From: Azolla caroliniana
Taxonomy: Eukaryota > Plantae > Polypodiophyta
Reading direction: 5' to 3'
Assembly: GCA_043228905.1 (NCBI GenBank)
Contig: JBHGNT010001093.1
Span: forward strand, 1-12,152
DNA: 12,152 bases
Translations under genes and position numbers: made by a program
Shown here: piece after piece, positions 1-9,316 of the stretch
Numbering within the stretch: the stretch's first letter is position 1
Layout of the letters: each line of letters starts with the position of its first letter
Notes under the pieces: generated by a model
The model's database searches: none
The model's input: the letters and a program-made list of their open reading frames with translations, nothing else
What the model was told of the DNA's origin: nothing

Positions 1-145
1 AGCCTTGGCCAATCGGCCTCGGCCGAGTCCCTCATCAATTCGGCTCCTCTCTCTCCGCATCCGGAGAGACCTGTTTCCTAACATCATCATCATTATTATT
101 ACTATAATAATAATAGTCGAATCTTCAAACAATCGACTCACTGTT

Positions 146-176
146 TTCGACTCTTCGACTCTTCGACTCTTCGACT
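146..176. repeat. 8-bp tandem repeat (TTCGACTC)x3 + TTCGACT
   Basis: Read directly: units start at 146, 154, 162 and 170. Confidence 0.95.
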
Positions 177-244
177 GTCGGCTTTTTGAACAGTCGGATC
201 TTCCCTGTCATCGACAGTCGGCTTTTTGATCAGTCGGTTCTTCC
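171..244. repeat. 34-bp direct repeat with 40-bp period
   Basis: 171-204 tcgactgtcggctttttgaacagtcggatcttcc vs 211-244 tcgacagtcggctttttgatcagtcggttcttcc, 3 mismatches. Confidence 0.92.
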
Positions 245-455
245 TCCCACTGGAGTGACATATTCCCAACATTCCTTCCCCAACGAGTATCCCCCAATCA
301 ATAGCTTCGCTTCGATATGCCGCGATGATTAAGCTGACCCTTTTCTTTGGTACGCTATATGTATTGGCGGTCATGCATCCAAACTCCAAAAGGATATGGG
401 CCAGATTTTCGAAGAATACATTGGGGCCTCCATGCGTGCGATGGGCCTTCACAGA
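243..455 (-). pseudogene. Fragment of a retrotransposon extra-ORF (ORF3) homologue from an older, related element; cut by insertion of element A
   Basis: KAHRTHGGPNVFFENLAHILLEFGC...PKKR...IDWGILVG aligns without gaps to KAYRTREIPNQIFHEIAKFLLEIGC...PKRK...VDWGVITG in ORF 2978-3820 (23/58 identical by manual count). Homology runs right up to the LTR edge at 455/456. The left boundary is approximate. Confidence 0.85.
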
Positions 456-925
456 TGTTACCGATTAGGAACACGGTTTATGGTAAGTCCTTCGACCTAG
501 ACCTCAAAGTGACTGCGTTGCAACGAATGGTACCCTCGTACCGTAATACGTAATGGGATACCTCCCCGTATCCTAGTAGCGTATAAGGGAGACGTCTACA
601 ACCGAACTCCTTAGACAGTGCAGTAGTAACAACACTCGTACTCACGTCTATGCCCTTACGATTACAATACGCCACCAAGAATCACAGAAACACAGTAGAT
701 TAACCACAGATATGCACAGGAATTAGAGAAGATAGTACTCTATTAAGATAACGCTCTATGCACCCAAATTTACATGTTACCTCTTACAGAGGATTTTTGC
801 CCTTTATATACATAGGGTCTTTTAGCCGTTCATGCTTCCCGTGTGAACTGTTACGTGCGTTACATTTTTACTATATTATATATTTCTGCGCTCCTATCCG
901 TCGGTTACTATTCCGGCGGACAACA
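456..925 (-). repeat. 3' LTR of element A (470 bp)
   Basis: First 96 bp match 9317-9412 at 89/96. Termini on minus are TGTTGTCCG...CGGTAACA (TGTT/AACA inverted ends). The 456 boundary is firm. The 925 boundary rests on the terminal motif only, because that part of the other LTR is outside the window. Confidence 0.82.
803..810 (-). promoter_or_regulatory. Putative TATA box in LTR A
   Basis: Minus strand reads ccctatgTATATAAAgg, ~115 bp into the LTR and in the same orientation as gag-pol. Confidence 0.6.
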
Positions 926-927
926 CC

Positions 928-968
928 TAGCACGCCTGTGGGACAATGCCATGGCACGTCGGACCCAC
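928..968 (-). other. tRNA-3'-end-like sequence / inverted PBS at the position expected for the PPT
   Basis: Minus: GTGGG TCCGA CGTGCCATGGCATT GT CCCAC AGGCGTG CTA, then GG, then the LTR TG. Plus 928-944 TAGCACGCCTGTGGGAC resembles the element's PBS TGGCACGCTTGGTG and tRNA-Arg-type PBSs. Confidence 0.7.
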
Positions 969-972
969 CCCT

Positions 973-3568
973 TTAATCTTCCTCCAAAATGGCCCGGATG
1001 TTCGGTTTTGCCTCGATGTCCAGGTTCGGGGATGGTGTAGTGTCTGTAGGCGCGTCGTTGCATGGTTCCAGTATTTGCTCGGTAGGGTTTTCCATGGTGC
1101 CATTGGCTTCTTGTGTGGGCGGTCCAGGCTCCGTTGGCTCATCCTGTTCTACTGTGGCTGGCTCAGCCATCGGCAGGCTCTCAGTAGGTCGAGGTTCTGT
1201 CTCATTCGTAACCTCCTTCGTGATGCCGGCCATAGTTGTACGCTCTGGTGAATGGGGCTGAGGTTCCTCCTGGTCAGCAGTCTCACTTTCTGGTATCGCG
1301 GGGGGCTCCGCTTGCTGTTCCGTGCTGCCCACTTGTTAATTCCGGTGACGTGGGCTGAGGTTCCTCTCGTTCGGCAGTATCCTTTACCGATATCGCGATG
1401 GATTCCGTGTTGGGTTGCGTGCCACCGGCTTGCATGATTTGGTGAAATAGGTCCTCCTGACTTTCGCCAAAATCGTCTAGTAGCTACTCGAGTTCCTCTA
1501 AGTGTTGGTCCGCTAACGTGCGATAATCTTGCGCTAGGTCCTCGCGTACTGCTGCAATGCTTTCCTCATTGAGTTTGTAGAACCCTCGGCCGTCTTTTCT
1601 TCGGTTCTCCCAGTTCGCCCGATATGTATGCAACTCCGCCACTTGTGTGGCCCACACCATCTAGCCTTTGTCTAGCGCCGCTTGTAATTGCGCCGTAAAC
1701 CTCTCCCGATTTGTTTGAAGAAGTATGCGCATGTTGTCAGTTATTGCTTGGCAACAATTGCGTGCTTCTTCTATGGTTTTCTTGAGGTTTTCGATTTCTT
1801 GTTTATTGACCGCCGTCGATTCCTCATAATTGCTAGTTGAGATTCCTTCGAATGTAATTCCTCTAGCTTTCCCATTTCATTGTTCAGGCGGATTTCGAGC
1901 TGATGCCTTCTCGCCTCTTCCCGTACAAGCTACTCGTCGAACCATGCTTTCTTCTTTTCCAATAACGCCCGGAGTCCCGTTATCGCCGTTTCCGATTTTT
2001 GCTTCCTCCCGTAGTTTGGCGTTTTCTTCTTTCGTGCGGGTGTGCTGTGCTACCTCTGCTACAAGTTTCTCTTCAAGGGTCTTAACTGCCTTTTGGCCGT
2101 TGGCACGGATGTCCTTTTCTCTGTCTGAGGACTGGGGAAGTTCGGAGCTGAGGCAGTCAATCTCCGATTCCGCCAGTTGCACGACCCTTTTTGCTTTCGA
2201 GGCAATGGCGGTCTGTGCTTCTATCTCTTCTTTCGGGGCCTTGACGGCGTTGTCTGTTGGTTGAGCTGCCTGCTACGTCGTAGTCGCATTACGTTCCAAC
2301 ACCGCGATGCGTTCGTTGGACTTTTGTAGCTCGGCTTGGATCAGTTAAACCGTTTTCCAAACATTTTTATTTTTGATCGCCATATCCTTGGCGCCAATAC
2401 TGACCTTAGCCAGTTCCTTATGAACCTCGATGAGGGCCGCGTTTAATGGGGGTAGTTCCATCCCCATTCGGTGTATACCGGCGTTTCGTTGTCTACCGAC
2501 TCTGCCTAGCTACTCCTCGTCATCACTTTCCGCCGTTTGTGTTAGCGCACGCTCGATCATTTGTCACTCTGCGTGCTCCTTGGCCATTCGTTGGGAGACT
2601 TTTATTTGTTGTGTTGCCAAAAATTCCATGAGTTCAAAAGTAGTTCCGAACTGTAATAGTGCGTCGAAATCATGGGCCATGTCCAGAATGTTTGGATACG
2701 CCAAGACCTCGCTTTCCGCCGTAAATATGCCTTTCCCCTGTTGTGACGGGGCCGAAATGATCAGCCATGGTTCCTGGATTATTTCGAAGGTGGTGTTGGG
2801 CTATGTAGCTACGGAGTTGTTGACCACGGTGGTCGTCTCTGTGGCCGCGAGTGTGTCTTTAACTAATCCGCGCCCATCTTTCCTATCCAGCCTTCGCCGT
2901 TTCGGCCTCGGGCTACCCGGACGTTGCTCGGCTTCCTGCTCCTGCAGAGCTTCCTCCCTGTGCTTCGCCCGTTCCTCCTATGTTGTTCGCGTGCTAGGCT
3001 GGGTTGATTGGCGTTCATCCTCCCATTCTGTGGTGGCCAACTCAGCTAACCTTCGTTTCGCGGATCGTGGCGGCGGCGTGGGTTTGCTGGGCTGTGGTGT
3101 GAGTAGTCCTCGGGGCGGGAATAGTATCGTCAGATACTGTTGTATGATTGGCCTTAGCTTTTTGCCGCCTTGATACGCGTGCAGGCCTTCCCGCAATGCT
3201 GGTCCCGTAATGACCCCCCAATCGACCGTGCGCCCTTCGAAGGTATCAATGATGATACCTGCCTTCCGCTTGGGCATCCCATAGGCATTTATATGCACGC
3301 ATCCGATCTCCAACAGGAACTTGGCTATTTCGTGAAAGATTTGGTTGGGGATTTCCCTCGTCCTGTATGCCTTGGCGGACGTCGAATATGGCCCGAAATA
3401 TCTCTGCAAAGTTTGCCCAGGTGGGATTTTGAAATGTCTTTCTCCTAGCGATGACAGGTCAAGCTTCTTCTGGATGGATGTGTTGGTGATCGTGTCGATA
3501 TTAAGCTTCCTAGCAATGTCCTGGGCTTCAGGGTGAAGGGGGCACCTCGACAACTTTGATGTATCCAT
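973..3568 (-). pseudogene. Extra ORF (ORF3) of element A, ~865 codons: N-terminal globular domain, basic motifs, coiled-coil-like middle, Pro/Glu/Thr-rich tail
   Basis: One frame from ATG 3568 (MDTSKLSRC) to ~1335 joins track ORFs 2978-3820 and 1877-2182 through 9 in-frame stops. A 1-nt frameshift then leads into ORF 973-1332. The homologue at 243-455 supports coding status. Confidence 0.8.
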
Positions 3569-3890
3569 CCAGGCGTTTCTTGACGAGCCATCGACGCAGG
3601 GCGGCAGAAATAGGGATAGGCTTAGTACAAGGGTGAGATTCGTGGCTAGTGGGTGAGGACTGCTGGCTATGGCGAACTTGAGCTCTGTGGTAGGATGGAG
3701 AGGAGGGGAGTGAGGGGAGCGATGAGAGCAATGAGAGTTAGAAGGTTGGTTTCTGTATTGTGCAGAAAACCTTCTATTTTCTTCTTTTTGAAGCCTAGGG
3801 TTCATTGATCGGTGAGCCATCGTGGTGCCGTGTGTTCTTGGCCTAGAAGTTTGTGCATGCCTTAAGTCCTGTTAATAACGTCGCTATCTT

Positions 3891-3908
3891 CTCTCTCTCT
3901 CTCTCTCT
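3891..3908. repeat. (CT)9 microsatellite
   Basis: Read directly; lies in the spacer between pol and ORF3. Confidence 0.95.
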
Positions 3909-3965
3909 TTTCCTTTAGTAACGGTTACATTATTTTTAGACTATAGTACAAGTAGGGCCCTATAC

Positions 3966-5094
3966 TTACTCCGCGGATTCCCCAGCTTTGTCTTGTCCGG
4001 CGGAGAACGGGTTAGGTGGCGTAGGTCCCAGGTAAGGTTTAAGGCGAAACCCATTCACCTTTTGTCGTAACACTTCCCCGACCAAAGTGCCAAGTTGAAA
4101 CGTGCCTTGTTCCGCTCCCACTATCCAATACGGGCATGTCCAGTGGAATCTTAATTTTCCTGGCATTTGCCCCATGTGTGTTTGAAAAAAAAATACCGCT
4201 TTCCCAACCATAAAATCCTTTTCACGCGCATGCCGATGTTGGTCCACAAATGCTTTGCGCTATCGCTGTTCCTGCTCCAATATGGCCATACTGCGTAACC
4301 TTGTTTTGCCTAGTTCTAGTAGTTATTGTAGCCGTATTTGTTCGGATTTGCCCTCTGGCAGCCGGGCTCGTACTTGAATCCGTAGACTGGGTACCTGGAA
4401 TTCGACAGGCATCACGGCCTCCAGCCCAAATGCTAGCCTAAAAGGCGTGGATTGTATGCTGGTCTTATAGCTGGTTCGATACGCCCATAACGCACTGTGC
4501 AATTTGGTATCCCAATCTGTTTTGTTTTCATTGACTATCTTTTTGAGGATAGTTTGTAATGTTTTGTTCGTTGATTCGGCCAAGCCATTTTCCTGTGGAT
4601 AATACGACGTACTCTTTTTGTGAACCACAACGTAGTGTTGGGTTAGCTCGTTGATGAATGTATTCAGAAAGTGACTCCCTTGGTCACTAATGAGCTCGAT
4701 AGGGTAGCCGAAATGACACCAGATATGTTCGTAAAGGAATTTCACCGTGACTGCCGCGGTATTTTCGCGTAGTGGTTTCGCTTCTACCCACTTGGTGTAG
4801 TAATCCGTAGCCACCAGGATATACTTATTGCTGGTTCGGGCAGCCGCCAGGGTAAAGGGTCCAACGACAACACTGGTTGTGTGGCATTCTCGCGACTTCC
4901 GTGGGTTGGCCCATTCGTTGGCATAAATCGCACTGTTTGCAATATTCATACGCATCCTTTTGCGTAGTCGGCCACCAAAGTCCTGCTTGCCAGTTTTTTC
5001 GGGCCGTAACATCGCCCGCGTAATGTTCTCCTGCCGTACCACAGTGGGCTTCTTGTAAAACCGCAACCTTCTCATCCTGTCGTATTCCGCGCCT
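3966..5094 (-). pseudogene. pol: Integrase of element A (HHCC, core, GPY/F-type C-terminus), disrupted
   Basis: [13 protein letters not shown]...CKQCDLCQ (frame continuing from 5095); [60 protein letters not shown]. Stops and frameshifts are present, and the segment with the first catalytic Asp is missing at ~4865. Confidence 0.95.
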
Positions 5095-6700
5095 CTAGAT
5101 GCTATCACTGCTTTTGTGATATAGGACGTTGTCGACTAAACAGAAATTACGACTCCGTACGGCCAACCGTTTTTTCTCGTCCGTCCTTAATTGGGGTGGT
5201 GGTAACCCTGTGGTCAGAAAGTAGGTCATTTCCATCAACCACCGATCCGGAAAAGTCTTTTCTGTTCTTTCTGCTAAAGTTGCTCTATGTAGAATGTCTG
5301 CATCTGGAAAGAAATCGTCATCTTTTTGCGCCATTTCTCCATTATCTAATCTGGTCAAGAAATCCGCCACCACGTGTTGCGTCCCCGGTCGATGCTGAAT
5401 TACAAAGTCGAATTCTTGGAGCAACAACATCCATTTGGCCAATTTTCCCGTCAGTGCTTGTTTCCCCACCAGATATAGCAATGCCGTATGATCCACGTGA
5501 AACGTGAATTTCCGCCCTAGTAGATAGTGCTGGAATTTATTGATGCTGTATATCATACCCAACGCTTCACGTCCCGTTGTGGAATAGTTACACTCAGTCG
5601 TTGATAGTTTCCGACTAGCGTAGTACACTGGTCGGTACCAATTCAGCTCTGTGAGCTGCATTAACGCACTACCTATTGCTATATCCGAGGCATCCACGAA
5701 CACGTGAAATGCTTTCACCCAAACTGGTGGTTGTATTATTGGTGCCTGCGTTAGCATTATTTTTAGTGCATCATACGCCTTCTCTTCCGTTGTTGTCCAT
5801 TTGAAAGCAGTACGGTGAACGGCGACATGCAATGGTGTGGCGAAATCCGCCAAATAGCGTATCATTCGGCTGTGCCATCGTATTTGTCCCAAAAACCGGT
5901 TGAGTGCTTTCACGTTTGTCGGTGTTTTTGTGTGAGTAATCGTGGAGATTTTGTTCGGATCGACCGCTATCCCCTCACTGACTAGGTGGCCGAGGAGGGC
6001 CCCGCTGGTGACACCGAAGGCGCATTTGGCGGTATTCAGGCTTAAGCGTGCAGTTCAGCAATGCTCTAGGCAAAGCTGTAGATGCGTAAAATGTTCGGCT
6101 ACTATCCCATATACCGCAAAATTTTCTAAACAGACCTGCATGAAGGCAAGTATATATTCCCCAAAAATCTCCGTGATTGTTCGTTGAAATGTAGCCGGTG
6201 CCATCTTTAGCCCGAACATCATGACGACCGCGACATAGACTCCCAGTCCGTGACAAACGCTGTCTTCTCTTGGTCATCGGGGTGCATGCGTAGTTGAAGC
6301 CATCTAGAAAGCTGTACATGTCATGCCCTGCGACGGCATCCAGTACGTTGTTGGTGAAAGGTAAAGGGAACGCGTCCGTAATGGTTATGACGTTCAATTT
6401 CCGGTAGTCCATGCACACACGTATTTTGTCATTTTTCTTTGGTACAACTACTATCAGGCTTAGCCATGTGGTTTGTTTGACTGGTCGAATGAATCTGGCC
6501 TTGAGGAGTTTGTTAATTTCCTCTTTTACGCGAGCTGCGTAATTTGGGTTCATGCGGTATCGACATTGCTGGACCAGTTTCGCGTCGATCGCTAAATTGA
6601 TCTTATGTTGATAGAATTTCGGATCTAATCCCTTCATGTCCTTGTGGGACCAAGCAAACACATCTTTATACTTCTTGAGTAGTGCAAGCATCACGTGTCT
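5095..6700 (-). pseudogene. pol: Reverse transcriptase and RNase H of element A, disrupted
   Basis: WLSLIVVVPKKNDKIRVCMDYRKLN, DAFPLP, YSFLDGF. After a frameshifting deletion at ~6295: KTAFVTDWG...MMFGLKMAPATFQR, with the YXDD position reading CLEN (6121-6132). RNase H motifs: FVDASD, YYASRKL, HVDH, HVVADFLTR. The right boundary is approximate. Confidence 0.96.
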
Positions 6701-7109
6701 CTGATCTGGTAGTAATTCTTTTGCGATGGAGAGGAATCGGGGGTCTGACGCCGTACCCACGTTTACTTCTTCTAGGGCTGAGGCAACGACTCGTTGTGAA
6801 ATTTCCATTTCCCTCCCGAATGCCACCCGTGCTCTGCTTAATTCTAATATTGACTCTGGGTCTGGCTCGTAAGTCTCGTCGTGGAGCGCAATGGGCGTGG
6901 CGTATTCCGCCACGGTTTCTATGACGTCGATTTCGAATAGCGGAATGATCCGGGGGTGCTCATCGAGGTATACTTCTAATTCTGTATCATCCACCCCAAC
7001 CATCATATTTATATCTTCCGCGTATAACGGTGTTATGTCCTTGGGTTGTGCCGCCATTTCCTCTATTGGTACGAGAACCTTGGTGCGTCTGTGTCGAAAG
7101 CTAATGCAC

Positions 7110-7430
7110 TTATGTTGCCATCTCTGTTTGATATTTGCTGAACGAAGCCACGGTCTGCCAAGCAGCATAGGATACGCTCCTGGGGCGTCAAGGACGAGGA
7201 CTACCGCCGAGACGTCGAAGCGATGTTTGCCAACGATAATGCCTAACTTGCGTATTAAGCCTAAAGGTCGTATTGAGCGGGTATTCGCCATGCGAAGCCA
7301 AAACGGGCAAGATTCCCATTCTAAAATTCCCAATTGTTCGCATGTCTTCGCGCTAATTACGTTGACGCCAGAGCTGCCATTGATTATGCATCCTGTGATT
7401 TCCTAATCATGTAATATCAACTTAATAGCC
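7110..7430 (-). pseudogene. pol: Aspartic protease of element A
   Basis: CIINGSSGVNVI (expected catalytic Asp reads Asn at 7379-7381), LRMANT, YPMLLGRPWL. Boundaries approximate. Confidence 0.88.
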
Positions 7431-7799
7431 GGATTATGGTGATCCACCACCTTTGGTTTGGTGCTAATGTTCGTAAAGTTGGCGGAGACGCTTACCCCAA
7501 GTCTGCTTGTTATGTGATCTGCCACGGCCTAGCGGAACCGTGGGAGTAGTTGAAGTAGCTTCTCCATGGTCAGTGTTATCTCGTAGCCTGTCAGTGCTTG
7601 CCATATGGGATCCGGAGATATCACATCTTCCTCCAAAGGCCCCACATTGTTCCCGGACTCCTGCTGCATGCGTTCCGTATTTGCCGCGTTCGCTTTTTCA
7701 ACCCATGCTTGGGCCGTTTGCTGTATCTCATCTTGCGCGGCCCAATCAACATTTTTTGTTTGCTGTCTTTTCATGACTTGCTGAACTTCCACCATAATC

Positions 7800-9028
7800 G
7801 TATTGACGGCGGGCCCCTTGCCCTTGTGTAGTGGACATTGCGTGGCATAATGTTTGGGCTATTGGCAAACGAAACAATGGACGCTAGATTTTCCTTTCTC
7901 GGCAATTGGTGGCGTGTTCGGATCCCCAAGTGTGACTTGCTCCTCCCGGTCTTGGTTCGTTCTTCTGAGCATTCACGATGGTTGTCGGCGCGGCTCTTGG
8001 TGCCGGTCATCGTCTGAACATTCGTCGTACCGCCATTGGTCCCGATACTGACGATGTTTCCTGCGAGGCCCATTGAAGCCACAACGTTTGTTCGTCAGAC
8101 GGTAATTCTTGTAGCACCGGCCTCCTTTATTATATCTATGGTTGCCTCGGTAGTCTTCGTCCTCTGGCTCTTCTTCCTCGGAATCGTTGTTATTCCGACG
8201 ATTCCGATAGTGCCGGTTCTCGCGTGGGTTCTGATCCGTATACCGGGGTTGTTCTTCTTGACGCCTTTGCTCATTACGGCGAGGTGGGCACTGTGTTTCC
8301 ACACTTCGTACTGTGGGCATGGATCTGTTCAACATATTGTACTCACACTACTCGATCGTGTGTACTTTTGAGTGACCGATGTGGCAGTGAATTCGCATGT
8401 TGCATTCCACTGCGGAATGCCTAGAATAGAGCCAAATCGTGCACTGGATTGCCTGGCGAAAATGTCGTTCCTCGTCCTGAGGTAATGCTTGCCGTAATGA
8501 GGACATGGAAAACCTTTCCTTTTCTTCGTCCAACTCGAGTTGTAGCGCTCGTTCTATGACCATATCGGCTGTTTCTCCTTTCGAACTATTGTTGTTGAGC
8601 GTCGTCCATATCGGTCGTCGTAAAGCTGCCAAAAATGTCTCTCGAGCCTCGTCCTCTGTCGGACCTCGTTCTAATTTCCGCCGTAGATTTTGGAAGCGTA
8701 AACTAAAATCTGCTATAGTCTCGGCCGACAACTATTTAATTGTATAAAACTGCCTGAGGATTTTGCGTTGTGGAACCCTCCGATGAAAGAAACGCAGAAA
8801 GGCCGACTACAGCTGGTCGAAGGTCGTGATTGCTGGCAGATCCATTTGCGAATGCCAAAACACCGCTCTCCCATTCAAGGTTAATCTGAAATGTGTCATT
8901 TTGGACTAGTGTGCTTTTTCTTTGGGAAGTCTCTGCGCCATGTGATTTGCATTCCAGACATTCACGAACAGGTGAATGTGGGTTGCGGCGTCGGTTTCAC
9001 CGTTGAAGCAAGGATAAGAGAAGGCCAT
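7800..9028 (-). pseudogene. gag: Gag of element A with three CCHC-type knuckles, in frame with pol
   Basis: From ATG 9028: MAFSYPCFNGETDAATHIHLF...LNGRAVFWH...TFDQL...ETIADFSLRFQNL (retrotransposon gag core). Knuckles at 8402-8443, 8345-8386 and 7835-7876. Track ORFs 8348, 7973, 7529 and 5975 share one frame. The true start may be further upstream. Confidence 0.88.
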
Positions 9029-9298
9029 GCTGGACGCTACGGCGGGCAGGGAAAGACCACAATGCTTCTATGGTGAGCGCAATTCCTGCTTGTCGCCGGG
9101 GTATTTGGTGAGCGGGAAAATGTCTTTGTGGTCCCAACAGGTATCACTGAGGTCACTGAGGTGAGGTTTTTGCCGTGCACGTTCCTCTGCCTAGCGTGTG
9201 ATGGACCTTGTGATTGATCGGTCTTGTCGTGTTGGTTCTCTAGGACGTCTGCGGTTAAACATCCATTCGTCGCTGTTCTTCTGTGAGAAGACACAGAT

Positions 9299-9312
9299 CA
9301 CCAAGCGTGCCA
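9299..9312 (-). other. Primer-binding site of element A, probably tRNA-Arg
   Basis: TGGCACGCTTGGTG, 4 nt (CTTT) inside the LTR end ...TAACA. The TGG start is complementary to tRNA CCA. The TGGCACGC core is recalled from tRNA-Arg-primed plant Tat/Ogre elements, so the tRNA identity is unverified. Confidence 0.82.
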
Positions 9313-9316
9313 AAAG

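Noticed and set aside
146-244. CRISPR-like array
   Set aside because: Only two long units, no unique spacers, eukaryotic TE context, no cas genes.
456-944. Left LTR as the 5' LTR of a plus-strand element (because a PBS-like motif follows it)
   Set aside because: All coding domains, the TATA box and a canonical PBS are on the minus strand, and the two LTRs are direct repeats of one element.
964-985. Canonical PPT for element A
   Set aside because: Purine-rich on minus but followed by TCCGA, not TG, and 38 nt from the best LTR terminus; partly ORF3 coding. Kept as the main alternative to the top finding.
900-1010. Complete tRNA gene
   Set aside because: Only a T-arm-like stem and 3' end are visible. 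No D-arm, anticodon arm or 5' acceptor strand was found, and the upstream sequence is ORF3 coding.
1830-3173. Long plus-strand ORFs 1830-2264 and 2430-3173 as antisense genes
   Set aside because: Ser/Leu/Phe-rich shadows of the minus-strand ORF3 frame with no recognisable motifs.
3569-3820. N-terminal 84 aa of track ORF 2978-3820 as coding
   Set aside because: Low-complexity Ser/Pro/His/Leu sequence from a pyrimidine-rich tract; more likely leader, although the upstream ATG cannot be excluded.
6891-8747. Plus-strand ORFs opposite gag/pol (6891-7406, 8036-8371, 8505-8747)
   Set aside because: Antisense shadows of the polyprotein; the apparent hydrophobicity mirrors the charged Gag sequence.
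9037-9294. 85-aa ORF as a separate gene
   Set aside because: GTG start, no motifs, out of frame with gag. It may be a frameshifted Gag N-terminus or a leader, which cannot be decided here.
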